The notes under the pieces: model-generated
Told to the model about the DNA's origin: nothing
The model's input: only the letters and a program-made list of their open reading frames with translations
Databases searched by the model: none
Made by a program: the position numbers and the translations under genes
Part shown: piece by piece, positions 37,831-47,644 of the stretch
How the letters are laid out: every line of letters begins with the position of its first letter
How positions within the stretch are numbered: the stretch's first letter is position 1
Origin: Capsulimonadaceae bacterium
Lineage (GTDB): Bacteria > Armatimonadota > Armatimonadia > Armatimonadales > Capsulimonadaceae
Length of the DNA stretch: 64,000 nucleotides
Direction of reading: 5' to 3'
Assembly (NCBI GenBank): GCA_965215505.1
Contig: OZ244065.1
Span: 2,112,001 to 2,176,000 of the forward strand

Positions 37831-38166
37831 AACTGACACGACATGCCTGTCGAAACACGACAGGATTAACGGATTTACCTATCGCACAGAACGGCCCCGC
37901 GCTGGGAACGCGGGGCCGACGGCTCAACACAGAAAGGGTTGAAGAGATACTACCACATTTTACCACATTCCCCGACGGTCAGCAACCGACCGCAACCCGT
38001 TTCTACACGCGCCCGTCGGTGACGGCCAGTGGCACGCCCGACTACGGCTGACAGGAATCCAGTTTGATAGGAAAGACGCGGCTGCGCCGGTGGCCCATGG
38101 CGTCTCTCCATGCCCGTGGCCTCGCCTGTGCGCTCGTCTGTTCACACCACACCAGAGGAGAAAATT

Positions 38167-40521
38167 ATGAGTGATGGCCTTCTGCCACACCACCGGGAAA
38201 TGATCCGTCAATGTTCCGCCATCGCCGACGACGTCATAGAGGCTCGTGGTTATCGATCGGTTACCGCAAAGCCCGACATGGCGGACCTCGGATTTTCGCG
38301 CCCGCAGTCGCTCGTGCCGACTCTCGTCATTCCCATATGGAACATCCACGGGGAGGTCGCCTTTCATCACCACAGGCCGGACGAACCGCGCCGGAGGAAC
38401 GGGAAACCCGTTAAGTATGAGTTCCCGCGCGGCATAAAGATGGTAGTGGACGTCCACCCGTTCGTACGCGAGGCCGTGCGTAACCCGGCAATCCCGCTCT
38501 TCGTTACGGAGGGCGTCAAGAAGGCGGATGCCGCAATCAGCTCCGGTGTCTGCTGTATCGCCTTGCTGGGCGTCTGGAACTGGCGCGGCACGAATGAACA
38601 CGGCGGCAGGACCACACTCCCCGACTGGGACGGGATCGCACTGAAAGGCCGCATCGTCTACGTGGTCTTCGACTCCGACGCGGCTTCCAACCGGTCCGTC
38701 CAGACGGCTATGATACGCCTGAAAGAGTTTCTTGACTCAAGGGGCGCTCAGACAAAGATCATTTCTTTGCCTCCGTGCGCGGACGGGAGCAAGGTCGGCC
38801 TCGACGACTATCTGGCCTCCGGAAAAAGCCTTGACGTTCTTCTTGAGAGCGTCGCGAGTGATCGCACACTCCCGGAGAACAGGCATGGCCCAGAAGGAGG
38901 CAAACTCTCGGCAGCGCAGAGACTGATCCAGATCGGTATGCAGGCTGAGTTATTCCCCTCAGATCGTGATGAACCCTTTTGCCGATTCCGAGATGACGGC
39001 AAGGAGCAGACCTGGCCGGTGCGTTCGTCCGCGTTCCGGGGCTGGCTCACGCTGACGTATTACAAGGAGTCGGGCAAGTCGCCGTCCTCACAGACACTGG
39101 AGGAAGCGCTGCGCCTCCTGGAAGCGAAGGCCCTCTTCGAGGGCAGATGCCATCCCCTCGCAGTGCGCATGGCCCGAGGCGAAAACGGGATCTGGATGGA
39201 CCTCGCAGACAGCCAGTGGCGCACGGTCCATATCGGCCCACACGGATGGCAGGTTGTTCCCACGGCTATCCCGATGTTCCGACGATACGCAGTCCAGGCC
39301 GCCAGCGTAGAGCCAACGCAGGGTGGCCAGATCGAGATGCTGCGTCAGTACGTCCGAGTACGGGACGAACAAGCTTGGCGGCAACTGGTGGCGTGGCTCG
39401 TCGCCTGCTTCTTTCCCGACATCGCACACCCGGTCCTAGTGGTCCACGGGGAGCAAGGAAGCGCGAAAAGCAGCCTGATGCGACTGCTCAGTTTACTGGT
39501 GGATCCGTCGAGAGTGCCTCTACGGTCCGAGCCGCGCGAGTTGTGTGACTGGATCCTGGCTGCCGACCATTCCTGGCTTATTACACTCGACAACGTGTCA
39601 AACCTGCCCGGATGGTTATCCGACGCCATCTGCCGGGCAGTCACGGGCGAAGGGTTCGTCAAGCGCCAGTTGTATACGGACGCCGACGATATTATCGTGT
39701 CATTCCGGCGGGTTGTGGCTTTGACGGGCATTGGGGTCGTGGCCGAGCGGGCGGATCTGCTCGACCGCTCCATCCTGATGTGTCTGGAGCCGCTAACACC
39801 TGAAAACAGGCTCTCGGAAGAAGAACTGCTGGCCTCGTTCGAGGCGAACCGATCTGCCATTCTGGGTGCCCTCCTGACGGCGGTTTCCGGTGTTTTGACG
39901 CAGTTGCCACACGTCCACGTCGACAGGCTTCCTCGCATGGCGGACTTCGCTCGGATTGGCGTCGCGGTCGAACATGTTCTCGGATGGCCTCAGGGATCGT
40001 TCCTCCACGCCTACTCAGGCAATATTGCTGAGCAGAATGACGAAGCCCTATCGGCGTCACCTGTGGGTGAGACCATTATGGATTTCCTCTCCAGTCACCC
40101 GGGCGGGTGGTCCGGGACCGCCCAAGACCTGCTGAGAGCCTTGGAAGACCGGTACGGTGAAAAAGTGACCAAAAGGCAGGGGTGGCCTCGGGTACCCAGG
40201 AGTCTCGGTAACCAGTTACGCCGCATTGCACCGAATCTACGTTCCATCGGCTTTGACGTCGCCTTTGACAAGAACCATGGTGGTCGCATGATCACGTTTT
40301 GCAGACGACGGCGGGAAAACAGCGCCCCCAGCGCCGCATCGTCACGTTCCCATCAGCCCGGGAACCAAGGCGCGGCTGAAAACTCACCAGGCGCGGCCGG
40401 AGATGCCGATAGGGTGACGCAAAATGCTGGCGGCGCAGCCCAATACCAGCGGCGCGGCGAAGGTGACGCAAGTTCTCGGCCGGATTCTGGTGAATCGAGC
40501 GATCAGGAGATTCGAATATGA
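38167..40521 (+). CDS. TOPRIM (DUF3854-like) primase fused to a P-loop ATPase/helicase; element replication protein
   Basis: Motifs VTEGVKKA, VVFDSD and KVGLDDYL; Walker A GEQGSAKS; TLDNVS; DLLDRS. Confidence 0.8.
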   Translation: MSDGLLPHHREMIRQCSAIADDVIEARGYRSVTAKPDMADLGFSRPQSLVPTLVIPIWNIHGEVAFHHHRPDEPRRRNGKPVKYEFPRGIKMVVDVHPFVREAVRNPAIPLFVTEGVKKADAAISSGVCCIALLGVWNWRGTNEHGGRTTLPDWDGIALKGRIVYVVFDSDAASNRSVQTAMIRLKEFLDSRGAQTKIISLPPCADGSKVGLDDYLASGKSLDVLLESVASDRTLPENRHGPEGGKLSAAQRLIQIGMQAELFPSDRDEPFCRFRDDGKEQTWPVRSSAFRGWLTLTYYKESGKSPSSQTLEEALRLLEAKALFEGRCHPLAVRMARGENGIWMDLADSQWRTVHIGPHGWQVVPTAIPMFRRYAVQAASVEPTQGGQIEMLRQYVRVRDEQAWRQLVAWLVACFFPDIAHPVLVVHGEQGSAKSSLMRLLSLLVDPSRVPLRSEPRELCDWILAADHSWLITLDNVSNLPGWLSDAICRAVTGEGFVKRQLYTDADDIIVSFRRVVALTGIGVVAERADLLDRSILMCLEPLTPENRLSEEELLASFEANRSAILGALLTAVSGVLTQLPHVHVDRLPRMADFARIGVAVEHVLGWPQGSFLHAYSGNIAEQNDEALSASPVGETIMDFLSSHPGGWSGTAQDLLRALEDRYGEKVTKRQGWPRVPRSLGNQLRRIAPNLRSIGFDVAFDKNHGGRMITFCRRRRENSAPSAASSRSHQPGNQGAAENSPGAAGDADRVTQNAGGAAQYQRRGEGDASSRPDSGESSDQEIRI

Positions 40522-40985
40522 CATATCGAGGAGTGGCCGGAACCGAGAATACGGCTATCTCCTTGCTCTATGAACTAGCCGATCTAGGCATCACAGCTTC
40601 GTGGGATTCCTCAAACGAACAGCTTATACTGAAAGGGCGGATCCAGGAGTTGACAAGTGAAATGAGGGAACTCCTGGCAAGGGAAAAGCCGCAACTAGCG
40701 CTTCATCTGACCCGGCAGGAAAGTCCAATACAAGCGAACCAGTCTCACAGACTATGGGAAGCGTTGCGTGCCCGAGGTCGGGTACGAATCAATTCAGAGG
40801 TCCTCGGCGAAGTCGTGTATTTTGCCCGAGACGATGTTCTTCTAATGACCGACGAGCAGGGGCTCTGTGATGGGTGCGTCGTTTACCGTACACACGAACT
40901 GGAACTGGTTCGGGATGTAAGTCCTTCACACTTGAAGCTTATTCACATGGTGAAGAAAATCTTCGGCGGTGAGTTGATCCCCTAG
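40518..40985 (+). CDS. Hypothetical protein coupled to the primase gene
   Basis: ATGA overlap; 155-aa ORF. Confidence 0.6.
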   Translation: MTYRGVAGTENTAISLLYELADLGITASWDSSNEQLILKGRIQELTSEMRELLAREKPQLALHLTRQESPIQANQSHRLWEALRARGRVRINSEVLGEVVYFARDDVLLMTDEQGLCDGCVVYRTHELELVRDVSPSHLKLIHMVKKIFGGELIP

Positions 40986-41152
40986 GACAAGCGACGTCCC
41001 GTTGATCAGGGCTACGCCACAATCGTGGCTCCTGCATGAGTTGGATCTGGCCTCTGGGCGCAATACTGGTGGCTGGCACGTCTGGGTATCCGGACACCCC
41101 GTGCTGAAGCAATCCTACTGGAACAGAGGGTGCAGTGGACGTCGGAGGGCAT

Positions 41153-42703
41153 TTATTTTAATTCATCCCGACAGATGCCCGGGTGGTCACAGCGGCGACA
41201 GGCCGCGCAGAACACGGGAAGGCGCGGCAGATCACGGCGGCGGATGGCCGCCGCCGAAGACAGGAGGTGCGCCCGGGTGCGCTCGGACTGGCACGGGTCG
41301 AACCGCTCGCGGAACTGCACCCCTGCCTCCTCGCCCTCACCGCCCGCCAAGTTGTAGGCTTCGACGTAATCCACGTGACGGCCCGTGGCCGCGTGAAAGC
41401 CTAGGTCCTCGATGTAGAGCTGAGTCCGTGAAAGGTCCTCACTCTGCACCTCGCGCCGCGACTTGATCTCCCGCAGCGTCTCCTCGCCCTCTCGCCTCAA
41501 GATCACGTCGTTGCGCCCCACGATCGTCAGGCCGCCCTCGAACACGACCTCGAAGGGGACCTCCGCGTGCGTCACGACACCTATCCGCGCCCTCTCGTCC
41601 GTCAGGTAGGCGGCGACCTGTTCGGTGGCGGCCCGGGCCAGCGCCTGATAGGCCTCCTCGGAGGCATACGGCAGCAGCAGGTGCCGCTCGATCAGCGCGC
41701 GGGCCAGGTCCCCCGGGTCACCCTCCGCCGCCTGCCCGCCGATGGCGGCGGCGTGGACCTCGGCGAGCGCGTCGTGTCCGCCCTTGCCGAATCCTTCGGC
41801 CTCGTTCGGCGCCGCCGCCCACCCATAAAGCGTCCTCAGCTTGAACAGGTAAGGGCAGCGCAGGTAGGCACTGATCTGCGAGAACGTCAGGACGAGTGCC
41901 CGCTCTTGGATGCGCGCGCGGGGCGGCAGTTTCCGTTTCTGTGGCAACTTCGCCGTCGGCGACTGGGCCGACCTCTCTTTGTGGACTGTCTGGACGTCCG
42001 GGCAGCAGGCGAAGGTTTTGAGGAACGACGAGGTGCGCTGGGGGCGTGCCAAGGCGGGGTCGGGCGCGAACGTGCAGGTCAGAAACTTTTTGGCCCGCGT
42101 GGCGGCGACGTACATCAGCCTGGTCTCCTCAGCTTGAGTGGTATCGTAGCGGGCGGCATCCCGCACAGCTTCGCGCGGCAGGATGTGCCATTTTGTGCGG
42201 CCGTAGGTCTGGCCATTATGAGGGAAGCGCCCCTCGGCCATGCCGGGGACGAAGACACAGCCCCATTCTTTTCCTTTTGACCGATGGACCGTGCTGATCG
42301 CCACGGCGTCCGGCTCGGCCAGCGCCGTGCCGCCTTTCTCGGAAGTCTCCCCCGGGTCCTCGAAGAACAGGGGCGCCTCGCCCTGGAGCCAGTCCGCGAA
42401 GTCCGCCAGCTTCTCGGCCGGTGAACGGCGGAAGCGCAGCAGGTCGTACTCGTCGATGGCCTGGCTGAGCGCCCCCAGGCTGCTCATGACCGCCGGCCCG
42501 CGCGTCGCGCCCGCCGCGCCGGGCGGGACTCCTTCCTCGCGCAGGCGCATCACGCCGAGCAGTTCCTGAAAGAGTTGCTGCAAGTTACAGACCTTTTCGC
42601 CGTCCTCCCTCGTCTCTGCATCATTCGTCTCTGCCTCCGTTCCGGCTGCCCCATCGTCGCCTGTTCCCATCCATTCCTGATCCACCATCTCGAGCTCACC
42701 CAT
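41153..42703 (-). CDS. UvrD C-terminal half fused to a PD-(D/E)XK nuclease with a Cys staple
   Basis: Motifs STVHRSKGKEW..VF, EETRLMYVAATRAK, YLRCPY, GRNDVI..REIKS and CRRCDHPGIC. Confidence 0.85.
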   Translation of the reverse strand: MGELEMVDQEWMGTGDDGAAGTEAETNDAETREDGEKVCNLQQLFQELLGVMRLREEGVPPGAAGATRGPAVMSSLGALSQAIDEYDLLRFRRSPAEKLADFADWLQGEAPLFFEDPGETSEKGGTALAEPDAVAISTVHRSKGKEWGCVFVPGMAEGRFPHNGQTYGRTKWHILPREAVRDAARYDTTQAEETRLMYVAATRAKKFLTCTFAPDPALARPQRTSSFLKTFACCPDVQTVHKERSAQSPTAKLPQKRKLPPRARIQERALVLTFSQISAYLRCPYLFKLRTLYGWAAAPNEAEGFGKGGHDALAEVHAAAIGGQAAEGDPGDLARALIERHLLLPYASEEAYQALARAATEQVAAYLTDERARIGVVTHAEVPFEVVFEGGLTIVGRNDVILRREGEETLREIKSRREVQSEDLSRTQLYIEDLGFHAATGRHVDYVEAYNLAGGEGEEAGVQFRERFDPCQSERTRAHLLSSAAAIRRRDLPRLPVFCAACRRCDHPGICRDELK

Positions 42704-44138
42704 TCCCGTCCCCTCCCGCTCCGACCAACTTCTGCCCGTACCGCGCTTTTTGCTCCACCAGATAAGCCGCGCCGTCGGCGATCTCCGCCGCACTCAAGCC
42801 CAAATCGGCATCCCGCCAGGCCTGCACCACGCCGTCCGCCGTCACCGCACGCCTGCCCACGACCTTGCCTCCTTCGCGGACCAGTTCGGGCCGTTCGGCC
42901 AGGAATAGGAACGACGCAACGACCGCCCGCACCTCCGGGGCGGCGAACAGGCCGCCCAGCCCCGACACGTGGCAGGGGATGCCCGCCGCCGTGAGCGCCT
43001 CCACGATCGCTCCCGCCGACTGGCGGACGCTACGGCACAGGACGGCGACGTCGCTGTAGGTCAGGCCGCGCGCCGGGTCGTCCGGGCGGTCCTGGAACGG
43101 CGTGCCGATTATGTCCTGGATGCGGCCCACGATGTAATCGGCCTCCTCTTGAAGGTTATCGAACCGCCCCGCCTGCAGGTCACCCGCCTCGGTCACCTGA
43201 TGCCCACCGGCCGTCATGGCTTGCTCGCCCGCCTGCGATCCCAGGAGATGGTGTGCCGCCGTGATGACGCCGGGGCTGGAGCGGTAGTTGGTGTCCAGGC
43301 GTTCGACACGCGCGTGATATCGGTCGGCAAAGGACGTGACGTAGCGGACGTTGCATCCGCGCCAGCCGTAGATGGCCTGGTTGCCGTCGCCGACGGTGGT
43401 GACCGGCACCCCGAGGTCCGCGAAGGCCCGGATTAGGCGCTCCTGGATGGGATTCACGTCCTGGTACTCGTCCACGTACAGTGCGCGCACGTTGTCCGCG
43501 ATATGGGCGCGCAGGCGCCGGCAGTGCTCGTCGTCGGTGTCCCCCAGCGCGTGGAGCGCCTGGTGGAGCAGGCCGGTATGGTCCATGGCGCGCTCGCGCC
43601 GCATCAGGTGCTTAAAGCGGCGGCAGGAATCTTTAAGAGGCGCGGACACTTTGCCCCAGTCCACGTCGCCCTCGCGCAGAACGGTCAGGACGTCCAGGTA
43701 GGCGCGCAGGTCCCAGGCGGTCCGCTCCAGGGGGTCGCCCGCGTGCGGACCGTCCACGAGGCGGACCCGATCCAGCCCCAGGGCGTGGTAGTTTTCCTTG
43801 ACGAGGAGGTAGACCTGAGCCTCAGTGAGCAACCTGTATGAAGTGTAGCGCGGCAGGTGCCTCTTGAGGAGCCCGAGGCAGACGGAGTGGATGGTGCCGA
43901 CCGTCATCTGAGACAGGCCGGGCATTGGCCCAAGCCGCTGGCCGGCGACGAGCAGGATGCGCTCCCGCAGCTCTTGCGCGGCCTGGACGCCGTATGTGGT
44001 GGCCACGATCGAACCCGGCGGCGTGCCTATCGCAACACTGTCCGCGATCAGTTCCGCGATCCGTTGGGTCTTGCCGGACCCTGCCTGTGCGATGACTTGC
44101 CTATGCTTTCTCGATTCTTCGATTACTTCAACAACCAC
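42696..44138 (-). CDS. UvrD/PcrA-like helicase, N-terminal half
   Basis: Motifs AQAGSGKT, GTIHS, VDEYQD, VGDGNQAIYGWRG, NYRS and AVLCR. The GTG at 44138 is chosen because the promoter lies at 44192-44220. Confidence 0.87.
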   Translation of the reverse strand: MVVEVIEESRKHRQVIAQAGSGKTQRIAELIADSVAIGTPPGSIVATTYGVQAAQELRERILLVAGQRLGPMPGLSQMTVGTIHSVCLGLLKRHLPRYTSYRLLTEAQVYLLVKENYHALGLDRVRLVDGPHAGDPLERTAWDLRAYLDVLTVLREGDVDWGKVSAPLKDSCRRFKHLMRRERAMDHTGLLHQALHALGDTDDEHCRRLRAHIADNVRALYVDEYQDVNPIQERLIRAFADLGVPVTTVGDGNQAIYGWRGCNVRYVTSFADRYHARVERLDTNYRSSPGVITAAHHLLGSQAGEQAMTAGGHQVTEAGDLQAGRFDNLQEEADYIVGRIQDIIGTPFQDRPDDPARGLTYSDVAVLCRSVRQSAGAIVEALTAAGIPCHVSGLGGLFAAPEVRAVVASFLFLAERPELVREGGKVVGRRAVTADGVVQAWRDADLGLSAAEIADGAAYLVEQKARYGQKLVGAGGDGNG

Positions 44139-44191
44139 ATCGTTCCCCTGTAATAATACGTCGGATAAACGTCGTTTCAATACTACGAGAT

Positions 44192-44220
44192 ATTTTACAC
44201 TCAAAAACACGTCGAGTCAA
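44192..44220 (-). promoter_or_regulatory. Sigma70 promoter of the helicase-nuclease pair
   Basis: TTGACT-17 bp-TAAAAT on the minus strand. Confidence 0.6.
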
Positions 44221-44229
44221 TAGCTGAGC

Positions 44230-44592
44230 CTATGGATTTTGTTGCGTCTTGCGCGGACGTCCGCCTTTAGTCCTGTTCGGGGAGATACGTGTCCGGCCTC
44301 GGGGATTGCGGAGCGGGGTGTCGACCCCATCAGGGAACAGGGTGGCTATTTCTGACTGCAGTGCTGCGGCGAGCGTCACGGCAGTGCTGCGGCGCGGTTT
44401 TGTTCTGCCCACTTCCAGATCCCGGATAGCGTTGACACTGACGGATGTGTAACTGGTCGGGTCGCTGTCGGCTAGGCCAGCACAGCGCATCGATAACTGG
44501 CTCCGGGTCATCAGTGCAGCATCACGTGCTGCGCGCAACGGGTTACCCTGGGGATTATCGTCCGTCTGCTGCTCTGTCGCTGATGGTGGCAT
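44230..44592 (-). CDS. XRE-family HTH regulator
   Basis: NPLRAARDAALMTRSQL...SVNAIRDLEVGRTKPRRSTAVTLAAAL. Confidence 0.75.
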   Translation of the reverse strand: MPPSATEQQTDDNPQGNPLRAARDAALMTRSQLSMRCAGLADSDPTSYTSVSVNAIRDLEVGRTKPRRSTAVTLAAALQSEIATLFPDGVDTPLRNPRGRTRISPNRTKGGRPRKTQQNP

Positions 44593-44738
44593 CGTTCCTC
44601 AATACGGCCTCCGGCCCCAAGAAACCTGCTGGGCCAGCCCGTAATGGCCGCCCCCAGGGAAAAGGTCGCTCTTGTGTCTATCCAGAAGAAGACAAGGAAG
44701 ACAAACCCTGACGCCCCGGCGCAGGTGCCCGAAGACTT

Positions 44739-44792
44739 TGTAACCGCAATTTGTATTTTTAGGGTTGTGCTACAATACATTTAGCGGTTACA
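44739..44792. other. 54-bp imperfect palindrome, serine-integrase attP-like (alternatively an operator)
   Basis: Outer TGTAACCGC/GCGGTTACA and inner TGTATT/AATACA arms are symmetric about TT at 44765-44766, just upstream of the serine recombinase ATG. Confidence 0.5.
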
Positions 44793-44819
44793 CGGTTATT
44801 ATATCACAAGGACGACGAA

Positions 44820-47261
44820 ATGACGGACGAAACTATTATAGCGCATCGCACGACGGTCGAACACGGCCTTACAGACATGCCGGCAGCTGGTGGCCTTGCC
44901 CTGGACGGGCTGACGATGGAGCGGCTAATCGACCACTGCCTCCGGATGCGCCCCGACGAGGCCGCCCGCAAGGGGGACAGCACGCTGTGCGTCACGCCCT
45001 TGATCACGCGGCTGATCGTGGACGGGCAGGTGCATGAACTGGCCCTGGAGCAGGGCCGGTGGGGGGCCCTGGAGGTGCGCGTCTCTTCCGACCCCCAGCG
45101 CTCCGCCCTCTTCCAGCAGATCAAAGAACAGCTCCAGAATAGAGAACAGCTCCAGGTGACAGACGCTCCTCCAGACCCGGAAGCGGTGGGTGGTGGGACT
45201 GGAAAGAGCCGCCGCAGGCGTGCGGTCAAGCAGGACGGGTATTCCGAGGAAGAGCAGATTGTGCGCGGCATTCGCCACTTTGTGCGCGCCGGGCAGGCCT
45301 TCCGGATCTACAGTGACGCGGGCGTGACCGGCGAGTACCCCAACAACGACCCGGCCCTAATCAGGCGCCTCCTGGATAAGAAAGCGGTCCGGTACGAGCG
45401 CATCTTCCGCAAGACGCTCCTGGACGAGACTTCCCGCACCTGGTGGACGCCCGAGCAGGTTTCCCAGCTTGAGGGCTACCTCGACGGCACTCTGGCGAGC
45501 ATCCGGCGCGGCCAAGTCAGCGAGGCCCACCTGATTAAGGGGAAAATCACGGCGGCCATCTCGGACAACGACAACGTCACTGACGACGGCCAACCGGACA
45601 GTGCCGATGGCGGCGAGAACGGAACTGTCCGTCGTCGACGGGGTCGGCGCGGGAACAAGGTCTATTTCCGACAAGCCTTCACCCAGCTCTGGGAGGATAC
45701 AGGCGCGAATTTGGTCCACACCATCGCCATAAGTGATCGGAGTCGATTATGTCGTGATGCAGACCTGGAGACGGCCATGCTCGAGCGCATGGCCCAGCAC
45801 GGCACGCGGCTAGTCGGACTGATGGAGGACCTCTCCTCCCTGGACGTCTCCGATCCCCTCCGCAAGGGTCTGACCTACCTGATCGCCAGCGTCAACGAGC
45901 AGCGGCTGACCGAGATCGCCCAGGCCTCTTTCCGGGGCACGATGCAGCGGCTGCGGTCGGGCCGCCCCGGCGGAAAGCCGCCGTGGTGGCTGTGGCGCGA
46001 CGAGGACGGGCGGACGCTCGTGCGCGAGGACTTGCGGCCCCTGGTGGCACGCATCGTGGAGATGAGCCTCTCGGGCATGGGCGCGCGGGCCACGGCGACG
46101 CGCCTGCACAAAGAGGGCATCCAGGTGGACGGCAAGAGCCTGACCCTGATGCAGGTCCAGTACATGGTCACCAAGGACGTCCTGGCGGGCAAGCAAACAT
46201 TCTGCGGCCTCTCCTGGGACGTCTACCCCCGCCTGATCGACGACGAGACCCTCGCCGACCTGCGCCGTGGGCGGAAGGGCAGGGCGGAGGGGACCGCGCG
46301 CCTCAACGACGAGCGCACCTGGGCGCGGCACACCTTTGCCGGCGTCCTGCGCTGCGCGTGCGGGGCGCGTATGGCCTGCACGACGCCGTCCAAAGCCCGG
46401 CGGGCGGCGGGCGAGACGGGCTACTGCCGCTGCGAGGCCTCCAACAAGGACGCTAACAGGGACGGCGTGCACGCGTGGCTGAGCGAGCACCAACTGGATG
46501 ATTTTTTCGGCGAACTCCTGCGCCACCACCCCGATCTGCTCGCGCGCACACTCTCGGCGGGGGATGGACGGGCGTTGGCGGCGTCGGCGCGGCGCCAGCA
46601 CCTGGAGGAGCGGCTCGCGTCGGCGGGGGCCGTATACGCTCAGAAAGAGGCCGCCGCGCGGACTCAGGCCGAGGCCTCGGCGGCGGGCCTCGGCCTGGGC
46701 GAGGAGACGCCGGGGTACGAGTCGGTCGTGTCCGGTCTGTGCGAGAGCCTGCTGGCGGAGGAGAGGGAGGCGTTGCACGCCCTGACCCTGGAGCTGTCGC
46801 GGGCGACGGGCGAGGCGGGGCATCACCGGCAGGCGGCGCGCGCATTGGAGGCGGCGCGTGAGCTTTCGGGCTGGGACGACCTGGATAAAGAGACGAAGAA
46901 CCGGCTGCTGCGGGTCCTGCTGGACCGTGTGGTGGTGTACGCCATGGGCCGGATGCGCCCCGGGCGTGGCCGTGGCGGCTACCTGGAGATCTGGCTGGCG
47001 GGCGTGGACGTGCCGCTGCCGCCGGTGACGATGAGGCGTGGCGCGGGCAAGACTGTTTTGCTGCCGACGCCCGCCGAGTGGATCGCTGATATCTTCTCTG
47101 GCACGTTCTTCGCAGACGTGCTGCCGCCCCAGACGCATACAGCCGCCGAGACATACGTCTCTGAGCTCTCGGCCGCAGGGGGCTCGTCGGTCGTGGAACC
47201 CCCCTCGGCAGAAATCCTCTCGGCAGAAATCCTCTCGGCAGAGATTTCCTCCGGCGGATAG
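44820..47261 (+). CDS. Large serine recombinase with insertions
   Basis: Motifs RVSS (catalytic Ser), GYSEEEQ, IYSDAGVTG, SRLCRD, GRPGGKPP, zinc ribbon GVLRCACGARM, a coiled coil, and WDDLD...LLDRVVV. Confidence 0.8.
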   Translation: MTDETIIAHRTTVEHGLTDMPAAGGLALDGLTMERLIDHCLRMRPDEAARKGDSTLCVTPLITRLIVDGQVHELALEQGRWGALEVRVSSDPQRSALFQQIKEQLQNREQLQVTDAPPDPEAVGGGTGKSRRRRAVKQDGYSEEEQIVRGIRHFVRAGQAFRIYSDAGVTGEYPNNDPALIRRLLDKKAVRYERIFRKTLLDETSRTWWTPEQVSQLEGYLDGTLASIRRGQVSEAHLIKGKITAAISDNDNVTDDGQPDSADGGENGTVRRRRGRRGNKVYFRQAFTQLWEDTGANLVHTIAISDRSRLCRDADLETAMLERMAQHGTRLVGLMEDLSSLDVSDPLRKGLTYLIASVNEQRLTEIAQASFRGTMQRLRSGRPGGKPPWWLWRDEDGRTLVREDLRPLVARIVEMSLSGMGARATATRLHKEGIQVDGKSLTLMQVQYMVTKDVLAGKQTFCGLSWDVYPRLIDDETLADLRRGRKGRAEGTARLNDERTWARHTFAGVLRCACGARMACTTPSKARRAAGETGYCRCEASNKDANRDGVHAWLSEHQLDDFFGELLRHHPDLLARTLSAGDGRALAASARRQHLEERLASAGAVYAQKEAAARTQAEASAAGLGLGEETPGYESVVSGLCESLLAEEREALHALTLELSRATGEAGHHRQAARALEAARELSGWDDLDKETKNRLLRVLLDRVVVYAMGRMRPGRGRGGYLEIWLAGVDVPLPPVTMRRGAGKTVLLPTPAEWIADIFSGTFFADVLPPQTHTAAETYVSELSAAGGSSVVEPPSAEILSAEILSAEISSGG
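47204..47248 (+). repeat. 15-bp tandem repeat x3 (SAEIL)
   Basis: CTCGGCAGAAATCCT x2 plus one degenerate copy. Confidence 0.85.
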
Positions 47262-47271
47262 CGGCCGACGT

Positions 47272-47299
47272 AAGAAAGCCTCCGTGAGGGGGCTTTTTT
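47272..47299 (+). terminator. Intrinsic terminator
   Basis: AAAGCCTCC-GTGA-GGGGGCTTTTTT. Confidence 0.75.
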
Positions 47300-47644
47300 C
47301 ATGGCTCTTCATCAGGCTGACAGGTCACCACCGGACATTACTGGGCGCACCCCGGTGGTGGTCTCGGCGGGATGGCGTGACTGGGCAACTCGCGTTGCCG
47401 GGGTCTCTGTCAGAAATCCCTCGCTTTTGTTTTCACCCAATCCCTCCGTTCCCAAAGCCCCTCCAAAAATAAATCGGCCGATTTTTAGCCGATGCGTGCT
47501 CTTTCCGAATGAAGCGACAACATACAGGATAGGGCCAGAAGATCGCCCCGAAATTCGCCTGCAAGTCCGGGCGTCTGGCGACCCTGCCAGGACGTTCGGA
47601 TGCGCGGACGGCGAAGAGAAAGACAAAGCGAAGAGAAAGACAAA

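Noticed and set aside
41153-41900. Cas4 / CRISPR adaptation gene
   Set aside because: The Cys-stapled nuclease is fused to UvrD C-terminal motifs, and there is no cas1, cas2 or array
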